Source: Spirochaetia bacterium (lineage in GTDB: Bacteria > Spirochaetota > Spirochaetia > SZUA-6 > Bin103). From it: a stretch of DNA of 64,000 nucleotides. The translations under genes were made by a program, and so were the position numbers. This document shows positions 41,028 to 51,779 of this stretch, one piece after another. A model generated the notes under the pieces. That model saw only the letters and a program-made list of their open reading frames with translations. It was not told the origin of the DNA and searched no databases. How positions within the stretch are numbered: the stretch's first letter is position 1; each line of letters begins with the position of its first letter. The stretch covers positions 7,104,001 through 7,168,000 of the forward strand of contig CBDBDQ010000005.1 in assembly GCA_965203905.1 (NCBI GenBank). The letters are read 5' to 3'.

Positions 41028-42674
41028 TCAGACCACCTCGAAGGAATGGTAACGGTCTACCCGGAATCCACCAACGGTGTGAACCCGGTGGTATCGGGTC
41101 GGTTGCTTCGGTGGCGTGATATCCCTCGGCTCGGCCAAGCCGATGTCCCCGATGTCCTTGATGATCAAAGCGCCGTCCCATATGCAATAGCCGTCGGCGC
41201 CACGCGCCAGATACGAGTACACGAGCTGTCGCCAGGCCACGGGGTCGCGGCGGTACAGACCCCACGCGTACAGGGCTGCGAAGAGCCGGATCTTCTCCCG
41301 GCCGGGAAGCCCGTGGAAGTACTCGAGGTGGATCCCTTCCGGCCCGTCGATGTGGGCATCGCTACTGGTGAAGCGCTGGCCCATCGGGTACAGATCCTCC
41401 AGCAGTCCCTCCCTCACCCAAGCCGCTACGTCGAGTCCCCAACGGTCAAGGTCGAACTTGTTGCCCGGTACGATCGCGGACAGCCTCATCCCCGGCTTGA
41501 GCCGTCCTTTGACAGCCCGGATGAAGGGGGTGATCACCTCCGCCTGGTAGCTCATCCAGCGCGGATCGAACTCATCCAGCCCTCGCGGATCGATTCCGTG
41601 CTTCTTCTTGAAACCCTGGACCATGATCGGCTCGTAGAGCACCAACGGCAGACCCCGGATGAAAACCAGCGTGACCCCATCCGGCTCATAGGCTACCAGC
41701 TCGTCCACGATGCCGAGCATGCGTTCCTGCACCTGCGGGTAGGCATAGCTCATCCGTACCACCCGCTGGCCTTGGGCATCAAAGCAGTTCCATTCCGGGT
41801 GCTGGTGGAAGAACTTGGAATGGAAAGACTCGTCCCAGGGATACGAGTGGGCAAAGGCCCCCAGCCGAATGGAGGTGTGGAACTCCCAGCCCCGCCGACG
41901 GCAGTAGTCGCGCGGCAGCTTGATGCTGTCCCAGCCTTTCTCGCGCCAGAGATCGACGTTCCGCTTCGCCATGTGATCCCAGAAACGGTCAAAGTCCCGG
42001 CTGACTCCCGTTCCTACCTGCCCGATCTTGCTGGGATAGGTTGTCGTGTCTCCATCCGCTGCGCCCCAGAGCATGATCCTGAGCGCCGTGCCCTCGGGAA
42101 TCTGCTCGTACAGCTCGAGGATGTCCTCAGGCCGTCGGTGAGGCAGCATTCTGGCAAAAATGCCAAAGCCGTCCTCCGTCATGGCCATCGGATGGGTCAC
42201 CGCCGGCTGCGGCGGCGCGGGCAGAGACTCGACGGGTTCGAGACGAATCCAAGCCAGAGAACCCCGTCTGGGATTGGGATCGAAGGCGCTTTCCAGGATC
42301 AGGTCCTGGTCCGTGAGGTTGGCATCTTTCCAGTGAACCTCCGCGATCATCCCTCCCTGGGAGATGACGTTCTCCCACGTGGCCGTGGTCGTCAGAGGCG
42401 TACAGCACAGATCGCCGCTCAATCGCACGCGGACCTGGTGCGAGCCGGCGATCAGCACGGGGACTCCGAGCCGGATGCGGTAGTTGCCTTCCGCGGCGAG
42501 GCGGATGATGACAGGCTTCGGTGCCGTCATCTCGCCACAGCCGAGCAGGACGCCTTCGATGCTTCCGCTTCGATAAGCAACAGCGCGCCATACCCCCGGC
42601 GCCCCTTCCTCCTGGACGACTCCTTCCTTGACGTTTGCCGGCAGATTGCTGATCAGTATCTCTTCTCTCGACAT
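41028..42674 (-). CDS. GHL10-like TIM-barrel glycoside hydrolase / hypothetical
   Basis: FFHQHPEW, MSYAYPQVQ, YEPDGV.L.F.R, GLDVAAWVREGL, GADG..IWD; AGGAGG SD. Confidence 0.72.
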   Translation of the reverse strand: MSREEILISNLPANVKEGVVQEEGAPGVWRAVAYRSGSIEGVLLGCGEMTAPKPVIIRLAAEGNYRIRLGVPVLIAGSHQVRVRLSGDLCCTPLTTTATWENVISQGGMIAEVHWKDANLTDQDLILESAFDPNPRRGSLAWIRLEPVESLPAPPQPAVTHPMAMTEDGFGIFARMLPHRRPEDILELYEQIPEGTALRIMLWGAADGDTTTYPSKIGQVGTGVSRDFDRFWDHMAKRNVDLWREKGWDSIKLPRDYCRRRGWEFHTSIRLGAFAHSYPWDESFHSKFFHQHPEWNCFDAQGQRVVRMSYAYPQVQERMLGIVDELVAYEPDGVTLVFIRGLPLVLYEPIMVQGFKKKHGIDPRGLDEFDPRWMSYQAEVITPFIRAVKGRLKPGMRLSAIVPGNKFDLDRWGLDVAAWVREGLLEDLYPMGQRFTSSDAHIDGPEGIHLEYFHGLPGREKIRLFAALYAWGLYRRDPVAWRQLVYSYLARGADGYCIWDGALIIKDIGDIGLAEPRDITPPKQPTRYHRVHTVGGFRVDRYHSFEVV

Positions 42675-42759
42675 GGTGTTCCTCCTTACAGCGCAACACT
42701 TCTGGATGGTTGGATCTCGCTAGTCGCCACAGACGATCTCGGTGCGGGCGGGCACGATC

Positions 42760-45264
42760 TCACACTTGGCGAAGCGGGTTCGAAGCCGCCTCGCCTGGCT
42801 GCGCCGAGGTCGGCGCTTGACCCCAGGTCGGTGTCGATAATCTGGATCCCTTAGTCACCGTCGTCGTCGTGTCTCTGAAATGCTTCTCCCGATACGCGCC
42901 CGGAGTACTGCCGTATTCTTTCTTGAATGCCCGGTTGATGCACTGCTTGTTTGCGAAACCGCTGCGTTGGGCAATGACGTGGACCGGCATACCCGTTGAC
43001 TCCAGAAGGCCTCGGGCGCTTTTGAGTCGCAGACTCAGAAGGTAGTGCGAGAAGCTGACACCGGTCTGCTGCTTAAAGATCGTGGACAGGTAGGTCGGTG
43101 AGATGCCGACGCTGTCGCTGACGATCTGCACCGAGATAGGCTGACGGTACCGCTCGTGAAGATAGTGGATCGCCGCCTGCACGTGACGGGAATGATACTG
43201 CTCCTGCCGGTGAACATAGTACTCTTCCTTACGGGAGATGATTGATCCCTGCGCGATCTGCCGCTTTTCTGTGGCTGCCGCGATCGCGCCTACAATCCTC
43301 TCGGAGCGGTAGTACTCGATGCTGTCGCCAGCCCCACGTTCGTTACGGAGCGCACCTGTCCCCGGGTAGAGACGGCTATACTCGAGAAGCCGTTCAGCGC
43401 TTCTGTGCGAGAGGTAGATCTCAGTGCAGCTCTCCACGGAAACTCCAACGGCGATGCGAAAACCATGCTGGAAACATCGCACGAGGTACGAGTGAAGACG
43501 GTTGGCAAGATCCACGAAGGAGTCATCCGATGCGCCCTGAAGGCAGATTATCACATACTCGGTATCTAAGAGCTGTGCGAAAGACGCGTTCTTTGCGCCG
43601 GACCGTTGTTCGACGAACTGCCGAGCTTCGTCGGAGAAGTCCGTCTTGAGGTTGTGCCTTTCGAGCAGCGCCGGCGGATACTGAACCAGAAGAACGGCGA
43701 ACCGAGGACCGCCCACATCGATGCCGTAGCCAGATAGATTCTGGAGAATGGCGCCATCGTCGGCGCGTCCGGTGAGAAGGTCCCAAAGAAACTTTTCCTT
43801 GAGCAACTCTGCATTCTTCAGGTATCGCTCCTGGGGCAGAGGGCGCGCGAAGGTGGCCTGGGTGGGCAGCTCGAAGACCTCCCAGACGGCGCTCATGCGG
43901 GCGATGGTCTCAGCCGAAGCGCACAGTCGCAGACCCATCACGCAGTTGTTGCGGTTCATCCGTCCGGCAACATGCACCAGCAGCAGGCGGTACTTCTTGA
44001 ATCTGGCCGTACGTTCTTCGGCGCTGAAGCACAAACCCTTGATCGCACTGGCTATGTTGTAGCTCATCAGCGACAGCTTCAACCACGCCGCGTTCACCCC
44101 AGAACGTTGACTGGGCATATGGCCAGCAGCCAGGCCATTCTTCAGCTCATCATGCACGTGCTCGACGGTGCCGGCCTGCAGCCTGTGCCAGTGCAGTAGC
44201 TGCCCTCCATCCCAATCCAGATTGGTCACCACCGCATGATGCTGCCGATCCGATCCACCGCTGAACAGCGAACCTTGCTCCCTCAGCAGCCGCAGCCCCA
44301 CATAGCGCAAGGGACGGCTGCTCTTGTGTTCGTAGCGCTCGGAGGGTACGAAGTCCACCTCCGCCCACTGCCGTCGCGTTCCATCCTTCTCCTTGTCGAC
44401 GGTCTTCCACTCTCGCTCATCCACCGCTTGCACCGCCGCAGCTAACTGCGGGCTCATCATCGCACTGACGGCAAACCCAATCCGCCCCCCCGGCTCTCCC
44501 TGCCGATCCTTACAGCTCAGCCACTGCAACAACTCAGTCTCATAGCAGGCGCTGTCGCCCCGGAAGTACCGCTCGGTCACCCCCTCCGGTAGCCCTTCAA
44601 AGGCCATCCGACAGCAACTCAACGGCTCCTGGTGGGCCGGTACATTCCCATCGCGAAACTCGTCGGCCATTATCAGATCGGCTTCCGCCCACACCGCCAC
44701 CATCGGTTGATATCCCCGACCACCCTGATAGTGCGCATGGGCTGCCCTCTTGTGGCTCTTGATGATCGTCGCACCCTGGTCGATCGTCGCAATCCGTTGT
44801 CTCTGCCCCTGCTCTTCATACAACCCCGCGATGCGCTCCACACCAGCCGCCTGCACCTGCTGCAACGCCTCCACACCACTACTACTGGGAAAGATGAAAC
44901 TGCGCTGGCTCTCCCGTGGCGGCCGCAGTCCCTCCAGCTGCTCGTCGTGGAACAACTCCAAGAACTCCCGCAGTGCCGTTGCCCTCGGCGGTCGGTACCC
45001 CAGCCCTCGCTCCAGACACCCATCGCCGGCAAGCAGCCCTATGTCCTCCGGACAATCCCCGCCGATGGTCTGTAGCAGGACAATCGTCTCGATCATCTGA
45101 GCCTCGGTGAAACCCCGCTGATGCATGCCCAGCCTGAGGTAGCCGCCGATGAGATCGGGGAATCCCAGACAACGGAAGGCGCGTGAGGTGGCGAGCACCC
45201 CCGCATGGGCGCTGGAGGCTTCCTCCAAGGGGCGCGTATCCAGCACGAAGGGCGTCTTGGCCAT
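42760..45264 (-). CDS. in-frame chimera: IS1380 transposase fused to YesN-like AraC regulator C-terminus
   Basis: N-part GYQP, EFRDGN, RGDSA, GTVEHVHDELKN; C-part YLSTIFKQQTG..LRLKSA..GF..RAFKKEYGSTP. Confidence 0.85.
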   Translation of the reverse strand: MAKTPFVLDTRPLEEASSAHAGVLATSRAFRCLGFPDLIGGYLRLGMHQRGFTEAQMIETIVLLQTIGGDCPEDIGLLAGDGCLERGLGYRPPRATALREFLELFHDEQLEGLRPPRESQRSFIFPSSSGVEALQQVQAAGVERIAGLYEEQGQRQRIATIDQGATIIKSHKRAAHAHYQGGRGYQPMVAVWAEADLIMADEFRDGNVPAHQEPLSCCRMAFEGLPEGVTERYFRGDSACYETELLQWLSCKDRQGEPGGRIGFAVSAMMSPQLAAAVQAVDEREWKTVDKEKDGTRRQWAEVDFVPSERYEHKSSRPLRYVGLRLLREQGSLFSGGSDRQHHAVVTNLDWDGGQLLHWHRLQAGTVEHVHDELKNGLAAGHMPSQRSGVNAAWLKLSLMSYNIASAIKGLCFSAEERTARFKKYRLLLVHVAGRMNRNNCVMGLRLCASAETIARMSAVWEVFELPTQATFARPLPQERYLKNAELLKEKFLWDLLTGRADDGAILQNLSGYGIDVGGPRFAVLLVQYPPALLERHNLKTDFSDEARQFVEQRSGAKNASFAQLLDTEYVIICLQGASDDSFVDLANRLHSYLVRCFQHGFRIAVGVSVESCTEIYLSHRSAERLLEYSRLYPGTGALRNERGAGDSIEYYRSERIVGAIAAATEKRQIAQGSIISRKEEYYVHRQEQYHSRHVQAAIHYLHERYRQPISVQIVSDSVGISPTYLSTIFKQQTGVSFSHYLLSLRLKSARGLLESTGMPVHVIAQRSGFANKQCINRAFKKEYGSTPGAYREKHFRDTTTTVTKGSRLSTPTWGQAPTSAQPGEAASNPLRQV

Positions 45265-45370
45265 AACTGGCAGTCGAGGTGGCATGCCTATCATATAGAA
45301 CATCGATAGAACTAGTGCAACCCCAAATGCCTATTCTTGAACCAGATCTGTGCATCATGGGGCATCTAGG
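43825..45370 (-). mobile_element. IS1380-family element, right end missing
   Basis: Left end CCTAGATGCC.. at 45370 (ISEcp1-like CCTAGA); no stop or IRR after the transposase. Confidence 0.75.
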
Positions 45371-45523
45371 CGAGGATCGGGGTGACCGACCAGGTCGACG
45401 AGCCGACTCACAGCTCAAGCGGCCGCCGTACGGGACCACGTTGGCATCTTACCAATCAATTCGGTGTTGACGAACTGACTCCGCCGATCTGAGCAAAACA
45501 AACCGTTTCTAACGAGCTGATCC

Positions 45524-46522
45524 TTGTCGGAACGCAAGCAGCGTGTTAAACCCGTTGAGAGAGACGGGCCCATTATGTTGCAGGACGGCACTGCGAAGGT
45601 TGAACCGTTAAGCAAGTCAGGCAGCCGACGGTTGCGTCTGCGATACACTTTAGAGCCATATCTGTTCGTTTTGCCGGCGCTGGCGATCCTTGTCATCTTC
45701 AACTACATCCCGATGGTTGGGATCCAGATCGCGTTTCGGGACTATATTCCGTCCCTTGGCTTTTTCGGCAGCCGCTGGGTCGGCTTAGATTACTTCACGC
45801 GATTCTTCGAGAGCCCGATGTTTGGTCGGGTAGTCGGCAACACGATTCGGCTGACGTTCCTGTCGCTTCTGTTTAGCTTCCCGTGGCCGATCATGCTCGC
45901 ACTCGGACTCAACGAGCTTGACTTCACGAGCCTCAAGCGCATCTACCAGACCCTAACCTGGGCGCCGCACTTCATATCAGTCGTTGTCGTCGTCGGTATG
46001 ATCTTCCTCTTCACGTCGCCTTCCGCCGGCTTGGTTAACCACGGACTGAGGTCGCTCGGCGGCGAGACAGTTCACTTCATGGTTGAGCCCGGCTGGTTCC
46101 TCCCCCTGTACATCATCTCCGGCATCTGGCAGAGCATGGGTTTCGCCAGCATCATATACCTGGCAACGCTCAGCACGGTGAGTCCCGAGCTCCACGAAGC
46201 TGCGATAGTCGACGGTGCGACCAGGTTCCAGCGCGTTGTCAGGATCAACCTTCCGGCCCTGATGCCGATCATCGTGATCCAGCTGATACTTCATAGCGGC
46301 CAATTGCTGCGAGTTGGGTTTGAGAAGGTCTTTCTGATGCAGACTCCACTGAACTCGAGAGTGTCGGAGGTGCTGTCGACGTACACCTACCGTGTGGGGC
46401 TTCTGCAGGGAGAGTTCTCCTATGCCACTGCGATAGGGGTGTTTCAATCGGTGGTCTGCCTGGTGATGATCTTGACCGTGAACTGGATCGCCCGGAAGGC
46501 TGGTGAGACATCACTATGGTAG
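45524..46522 (+). CDS. ABC permease (LplB/YteP type)
   Basis: NYIPMVGIQIAF, PHFISVVV, EAAIVDGATR, GFEKVFL. Confidence 0.92.
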   Translation: MSERKQRVKPVERDGPIMLQDGTAKVEPLSKSGSRRLRLRYTLEPYLFVLPALAILVIFNYIPMVGIQIAFRDYIPSLGFFGSRWVGLDYFTRFFESPMFGRVVGNTIRLTFLSLLFSFPWPIMLALGLNELDFTSLKRIYQTLTWAPHFISVVVVVGMIFLFTSPSAGLVNHGLRSLGGETVHFMVEPGWFLPLYIISGIWQSMGFASIIYLATLSTVSPELHEAAIVDGATRFQRVVRINLPALMPIIVIQLILHSGQLLRVGFEKVFLMQTPLNSRVSEVLSTYTYRVGLLQGEFSYATAIGVFQSVVCLVMILTVNWIARKAGETSLW

Positions 46523-47424
46523 TGGGCAAGAGCCGCCGTGACAGGGCGTTCGACGTCCTGAATTTCATCTTCCTCACGGTGCTGACTGCGGGTGTAGTGT
46601 ATCCGCTTGCTTTCGTAGTTTTCGCATCTATGAGCTCGCCGTTCTACGTCGGCTCCGGGAAGGTGTCTCTCTGGCCGAGAGGATTCACCCTAGGCGCATA
46701 CGACATGGTGGTTCGCGAACCGCGAGTGTGGCGAGGCTATCTGAATACGGTGTTCTATGTCGCTGTCGACATTGGCATCGGACTTGCGGTGATCCTGCCG
46801 GTGTCGTATGCGCTGTCTCGGCCAAACCGCCTAAAAGGGGCCGGCGCTATCACTTTCTTGATCGCGTTCACTATGCTTTTCAGCGGTGGCCTGATACCTC
46901 TCTACCTCGTCGTTCGCGGACTCGGTATGCTCAACACGGTGTGGGCCGTAACCATCCCGGGGACAGTCTCCGCGTTCCTGATCATCATCACCCGAACCTT
47001 CCTCAAGACTACCCTGCCGCAAGAGATGTACGATGCAGCGGAAATCGACGGAGCGAACTTTGCGCAGACATTCTTTCGGGTGGTCCTGCCGCTCTCCGCT
47101 GCCATCATAGCCGTCCTTGCGCTCTTTGTGGGGATTGGTCAGTGGAACGCATTCTTTCCACCGCTGCTGTACCTCACGGATCGTGACAAGTACCCGCTGC
47201 AACTGGTTCTTCGAAACATTCTGCTGGCCGATGAGGCGCTCGGTAGTATGGTTGATCCTTCGGCGGACCTTGAAGCAGTGGAGGCTATGGCTCGGCGACA
47301 GGAGCGGGCGACGACGATGAAGTACGCTCTGATCGTCGTCTCCTCAGCGCCGGTGTTGGTGTTATATCCCTTCTTGCAGAGACATCTCATGAAAGGAGTC
47401 ATGCTTGGCTCTATCAAGGGGTGA
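46516..47424 (+). CDS. ABC permease (LplC/YtcP type)
   Basis: FSGGLIP, AAEIDGA, WNAF, YPFLQRH..KGVMLGSIKG. Confidence 0.92.
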   Translation: MVVGKSRRDRAFDVLNFIFLTVLTAGVVYPLAFVVFASMSSPFYVGSGKVSLWPRGFTLGAYDMVVREPRVWRGYLNTVFYVAVDIGIGLAVILPVSYALSRPNRLKGAGAITFLIAFTMLFSGGLIPLYLVVRGLGMLNTVWAVTIPGTVSAFLIIITRTFLKTTLPQEMYDAAEIDGANFAQTFFRVVLPLSAAIIAVLALFVGIGQWNAFFPPLLYLTDRDKYPLQLVLRNILLADEALGSMVDPSADLEAVEAMARRQERATTMKYALIVVSSAPVLVLYPFLQRHLMKGVMLGSIKG

Positions 47425-47460
47425 TTCTAGAGACAATACCCTTACACAGGAGGTAAAGGT

Positions 47461-49047
47461 ATGAGACGATTACTGGCGGTTTGTGTCGTGGCGATCGGTT
47501 CCGCGGCGCTTGTGTTCGCGGAAGGGGTGAGAGAAGAAACGACAGCACCCGATGCTCCGGTTCAACTCACGGTCGCACATGTGTATGGCCCGGTACAGGA
47601 GGACGCCGATTTTGACAACTTGTACATCACGAAACACCTCGAGGACACATTCAACGTCGACCTGCGATTCATTCTGCACCCCGCTGCGATCGGCGCAGAG
47701 AGAATGAGGCTTGCGTTCGCCTCGGGTGACCTTCCGGACTGGTTGTGGGGTAGTAACGCTGTCGACCCCGTCCACCAAGATGCGATCAAGACGGGGGCGT
47801 TCGTGCAGTTGGATGACCTTATTGCCGGAGGCACGGGATGGGTGAATAATCCGAGCTGGGACAAGATGCGATTGTCAGTTACGGAGTACGACGGTCACAT
47901 CTACACGTTGCCACGCGGCTTTGAACCCCAATATGGCGGAGAACGCTTCTTCTGGAACCTGACGTGGATGGAGGACCTAGGGATTGAGATACCCAGAACA
48001 GTCGAGGAAGTGGAAGCAGCGCTCCGCGAGTTAAGCCGGGCGCGTCCCGACGCGATCATGATAAGCGGCATGTACAGCCACGGTTATCGTACACATTCGC
48101 TATTCATGAACGCCTTCGGCATGATGTCCGCGAACCAAAGCGAGAGTCTTGGAAATCACATCAACATCATCGACGGCAAGGTGGTCTTCTCCTACGCTCA
48201 TCCGAACTACCGGCCGTTCCTCGAATACATGAATCGACTCTTCACGCAAGGCTTCGTGGATCCTGAATACTTCACGCAGCCCAACGCCCAGTTTGTCGCC
48301 AGGAGCAGAGACCCAGGAGTCTTTCTGTTCTCCGCGGCCGATACTACCCTCGTCGTCGGTAGCGAGAAGGCTTTGCAGTGGATGCCACCCTATCCGCTTA
48401 CAAGCGACTACAACCCCGATCCCTGGTGGCCGGAGATCCAGGGCTTTAGGGCCGGCAGAGCGGCAATCCTGGCGGACAGTCCTAACGTGGAAAAGGCTTG
48501 GGAGATCCTGGATTGGTTCGGAACGAAGGAGGGGGAACTCATGACCCACGGGAGGGTCTGGCCCGAGTTCTTCAGGGAAGAGTATGTGCCCGAAGGTCTG
48601 TCCAGAGAGAACGTGGTGTCGACGAATGATCCCGAGGTTTTGATGAAACCGGTGGGAGAACTGACAGCATGGGAACACATGAATACCTACCTTGCACCTT
48701 ATGGGGGCGGCGGCTCATTTGGGAATGTGGGGCAATTCATCATCCGTAAAGACCCTTATGGGACCTTAGCCTGGGACCGTTATCGTAGGATGAAAGCCCA
48801 CGCTCCGTATCTCGAGTATCGGGTCACCGACCGAGACCTCAGGTTCTCGCCGGAGGAGACTGAGATTCTTACCCGGTACGAACAGGAGTTGGCGATGTTC
48901 ATGGACGAGATGCTGGCAAAGTTCGTGATAGGCGTTGAGCCGATCACCGGCTACGACGACTACGTGCGAGAGCTCCAACGTTTCGGCCTCGCGGAAGTTA
49001 CCGCAGTCTATCAGGCCGCGTATGACCGTTGGGAAGCTGCGCGGTAG
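47461..49047 (+). CDS. extracellular solute-binding protein (LplA type)
   Basis: GGAGG SD, signal peptide, ASGDLPD, DGHIYTLP, QAAYDRW. Confidence 0.9.
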   Translation: MRRLLAVCVVAIGSAALVFAEGVREETTAPDAPVQLTVAHVYGPVQEDADFDNLYITKHLEDTFNVDLRFILHPAAIGAERMRLAFASGDLPDWLWGSNAVDPVHQDAIKTGAFVQLDDLIAGGTGWVNNPSWDKMRLSVTEYDGHIYTLPRGFEPQYGGERFFWNLTWMEDLGIEIPRTVEEVEAALRELSRARPDAIMISGMYSHGYRTHSLFMNAFGMMSANQSESLGNHINIIDGKVVFSYAHPNYRPFLEYMNRLFTQGFVDPEYFTQPNAQFVARSRDPGVFLFSAADTTLVVGSEKALQWMPPYPLTSDYNPDPWWPEIQGFRAGRAAILADSPNVEKAWEILDWFGTKEGELMTHGRVWPEFFREEYVPEGLSRENVVSTNDPEVLMKPVGELTAWEHMNTYLAPYGGGGSFGNVGQFIIRKDPYGTLAWDRYRRMKAHAPYLEYRVTDRDLRFSPEETEILTRYEQELAMFMDEMLAKFVIGVEPITGYDDYVRELQRFGLAEVTAVYQAAYDRWEAAR

Positions 49048-49166
49048 CAATAACGGCAACCGCCCGCCCATCTCTTGCACTACTCGCTTGGGATGGGCGG
49101 CATCCCACCCAAGCGCGATCGAGGTCATGTAAATGGAGCGTTGGCGCTCCCTGGGAGTGTAAAGAT

Positions 49167-50141
49167 ATGAATGAGACTCTGTTTACCTTCGCTCACGTCA
49201 CCGATGCGCACCTGCTGTATGTGCCTGACATGAGGAAAGAGTGGGGCCAGTGCGTGGATGCTGTGAGTCCGCTGGTCGAATCATTGAACGCAGAAAGATA
49301 CCATCCTCTGCCGGATTTCGTGGTCTTCGGGGGCGACAACGTGAACGGAGGGTGGAACGCCCCTTTCGATCACGGAGTTGTGTGCGAAAAGGAAACCCGC
49401 TGGCTCAAGAGCATCCTAGATGATCTGAAGGTTCCCTACTACCTCATTATCCACGGGCACGACACGTGGGGCGAGCACGAAGACGGCATGTTGATGCTCT
49501 ACGGTCGGATCGACGCGATTCCGCCGGGACACGACCAGGAGGGACTCGCCCTGGGCAATGCCGCGAGGAAGTACTTCGGGGACAAATGCCTCCTCCACAC
49601 GGAGCAGCTTCCGGGCGGGTTCGTGGGCATATTCATGAGCGAAGTCTATATGGAACAAGGGGAGTTCGTGACCATCGGGCGCCGCCTCGGGTGGCTTGAG
49701 GAACAGCTGGAAAAAGCGCAAGGAAAGCACGTGCTCTTCTTCTATCACGTGCCGCTTGTTTGGCCGCGTCGGCCAGAACCACACATGCAGTTCCCCAAGG
49801 GCGACGAGCCATGGAATTTCAGTGCCGCGCATCCAGACATCCGCGCTCTCCTAGGGCGCCACGGGAACGTGATAGCGCAGTACGCTGGACACTTGCACAT
49901 CAACGGTCTTCGGGTGGTCGACGGCATCCACTATGTCACCACGTCAGGGCTCACTACATACCCGGGGGAGTACCGTTTGGTGACAGTTAAGCGAGATACC
50001 ATTGAGCACCGATGCGTGCGGCTTCCCACCGGGCTGGCGGAAAAGCGGAGAGACGCCACCGACATCGAGCATCCCACGGTAGACGTATTCAACGAGGGAT
50101 TGCCGGCCGAGCGAGACTTCGTGATTCACTACCGTCGATGA
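49167..50141 (+). CDS. metallophosphoesterase
   Basis: TDAH, GGDN, HGHD, YHVP, GHLH. Confidence 0.85.
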   Translation: MNETLFTFAHVTDAHLLYVPDMRKEWGQCVDAVSPLVESLNAERYHPLPDFVVFGGDNVNGGWNAPFDHGVVCEKETRWLKSILDDLKVPYYLIIHGHDTWGEHEDGMLMLYGRIDAIPPGHDQEGLALGNAARKYFGDKCLLHTEQLPGGFVGIFMSEVYMEQGEFVTIGRRLGWLEEQLEKAQGKHVLFFYHVPLVWPRRPEPHMQFPKGDEPWNFSAAHPDIRALLGRHGNVIAQYAGHLHINGLRVVDGIHYVTTSGLTTYPGEYRLVTVKRDTIEHRCVRLPTGLAEKRRDATDIEHPTVDVFNEGLPAERDFVIHYRR

Positions 50142-50301
50142 GTCCCGCGGAGGTCGAGGGGCGGCCCGCTCCCAAAAAACGGCCAAGGCGCGATACTCTG
50201 TCTCGACCGGGCATAGGGAGTTGATACTCGATCGGTGTTTCTCAACATAGCTGTCGCCCTCCGATCTCGCCGTTCAGGCGCTCTTCTCTGAAGGCTCCCG
50301 T

Positions 50302-51462
50302 CTATGTTTCTCGGAAGAAGACCCCCTCCACGTCGTGAGCCTGTCTCTCATACGGCCATCCCGAGAGGACCGGTGTGTCGACCCCGCCCTCCGGTTTGAC
50401 AGTCCACGACATCCAATAGGCACATAGGATTCGATCGGAGTCCACGTATGAGAAGGTTGGGTAGCCGCAGATGCTTGACTTATATGCTCCGATGTGGCCG
50501 TATGTCGAACCAAGCCAGATGTGGTGCGGAAAGCTCCATTCGATATTATTCACGGAGTCATCCCACTTCCCATAGCTGAAGCTCACTCCACACAAGCCCG
50601 TGTCGAGATCACCCACGTAGCGGTACGCACAGAGGAGGTGTCCCTTCTTCGTGAGGAAAAGGCTCGGGGAGTGCCCGAACATGTTCCATGCGGGACGGGG
50701 CTGGCTCCACCTTTCCCCGTCTTCCGAATAGCACCAGTACAGGGGAGCTGTACCGTGTCCCTCGTGAGACCAAGGCCTCATCACTGCAAGCAGCTTCCCA
50801 CCGGGAAGCCTGATGTAGTCGGTCTCGTTTCCTATTTCATCCGCGACCGGGACGAATCTGTCCCACGTCTTGCCTAGATCTGGCGAGCTGAAGTAGCCCG
50901 TCACACTCTGGCCGTCTGCTGTGCCATTGGTCCATGCAGGCAGCAACAGTTTGCCATCCGACAGCTCCCGTATCTTGCCGTAGGCACAGCTATCCCTGAG
51001 TCCGGAATCCGGAGCCATGCCAGCGGGGTGGACCCTCACGGGTTTCTCCCAGGTTTGGCCGTTATCCTCCGACCGGATTATCCACGTAGCCCGGGGTGCC
51101 GAACTCCCGCCTGTACTGGAGGGGCTCGCGCTGAAGGGAAGTAGTATCGTGCCGTCCGAGAGCTGAGTCAGCCCTAGATGGCAGGTCACACCTTCGTAGC
51201 TGGGCGGACCTGCGACCACAAGCGGTTCGCTCCAGGTCGTACCTCCGTCGCGTGATCGTGTGACCTTCACAGCCCGTCCCATGCCTCCTTCGACGGGCGT
51301 CCACGCATACAGCGAAGACAGAAGGTCCCCATTCTGGAGTCTCTCCAGCGATGGACAGATGGACTTCACCGCGATGACGACTCTCCCGATGCGCTCCAGG
51401 GCTGGGTTCCATTGATACGCTCTGGGAGCGACGTACCCTGTCGGTCCTCCGAGTTTCCCCAT
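50302..51462 (-). CDS. BNR/Asp-box sialidase-family protein
   Basis: SRDGGTTW, SEDNGQTW, SPDLGKTW, SEDGERW; GYP near C-terminus. Confidence 0.87.
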   Translation of the reverse strand: MGKLGGPTGYVAPRAYQWNPALERIGRVVIAVKSICPSLERLQNGDLLSSLYAWTPVEGGMGRAVKVTRSRDGGTTWSEPLVVAGPPSYEGVTCHLGLTQLSDGTILLPFSASPSSTGGSSAPRATWIIRSEDNGQTWEKPVRVHPAGMAPDSGLRDSCAYGKIRELSDGKLLLPAWTNGTADGQSVTGYFSSPDLGKTWDRFVPVADEIGNETDYIRLPGGKLLAVMRPWSHEGHGTAPLYWCYSEDGERWSQPRPAWNMFGHSPSLFLTKKGHLLCAYRYVGDLDTGLCGVSFSYGKWDDSVNNIEWSFPHHIWLGSTYGHIGAYKSSICGYPTFSYVDSDRILCAYWMSWTVKPEGGVDTPVLSGWPYERQAHDVEGVFFRET

Positions 51463-51779
51463 CTGATCACTCCTTTCCTCTTACGGTGTTATCCGGCACG
51501 CGACCTGACCCGGGGTCCGGCAACGAACTGACCTTACCCCTGCCGTCATTATTGATGATCGTTTATGTGTTCTTCTGTGTCAATAGCCCCTTTGGGCAAA
51601 ATCTGGGTGTATCCGGGTACCACCTTAGTCTAGTCTGGGAAACGCCGTGACGGCGATCCTCAGAGCAGTTTTGAGAAGGCAATGTAGGCACTTGTGGCCT
51701 GATGTGAGAAAGCGTCACTGTGAGCGTTTTTGCGGATTTTCTCATCGTACGCGCCGGCGTAAAACGGGTTCTGCAACAC

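Noticed and set aside
42760-42830. GGTTCGAAGCC resembling a tRNA T-loop
   Set aside because: No cloverleaf or acceptor stem can be built around it
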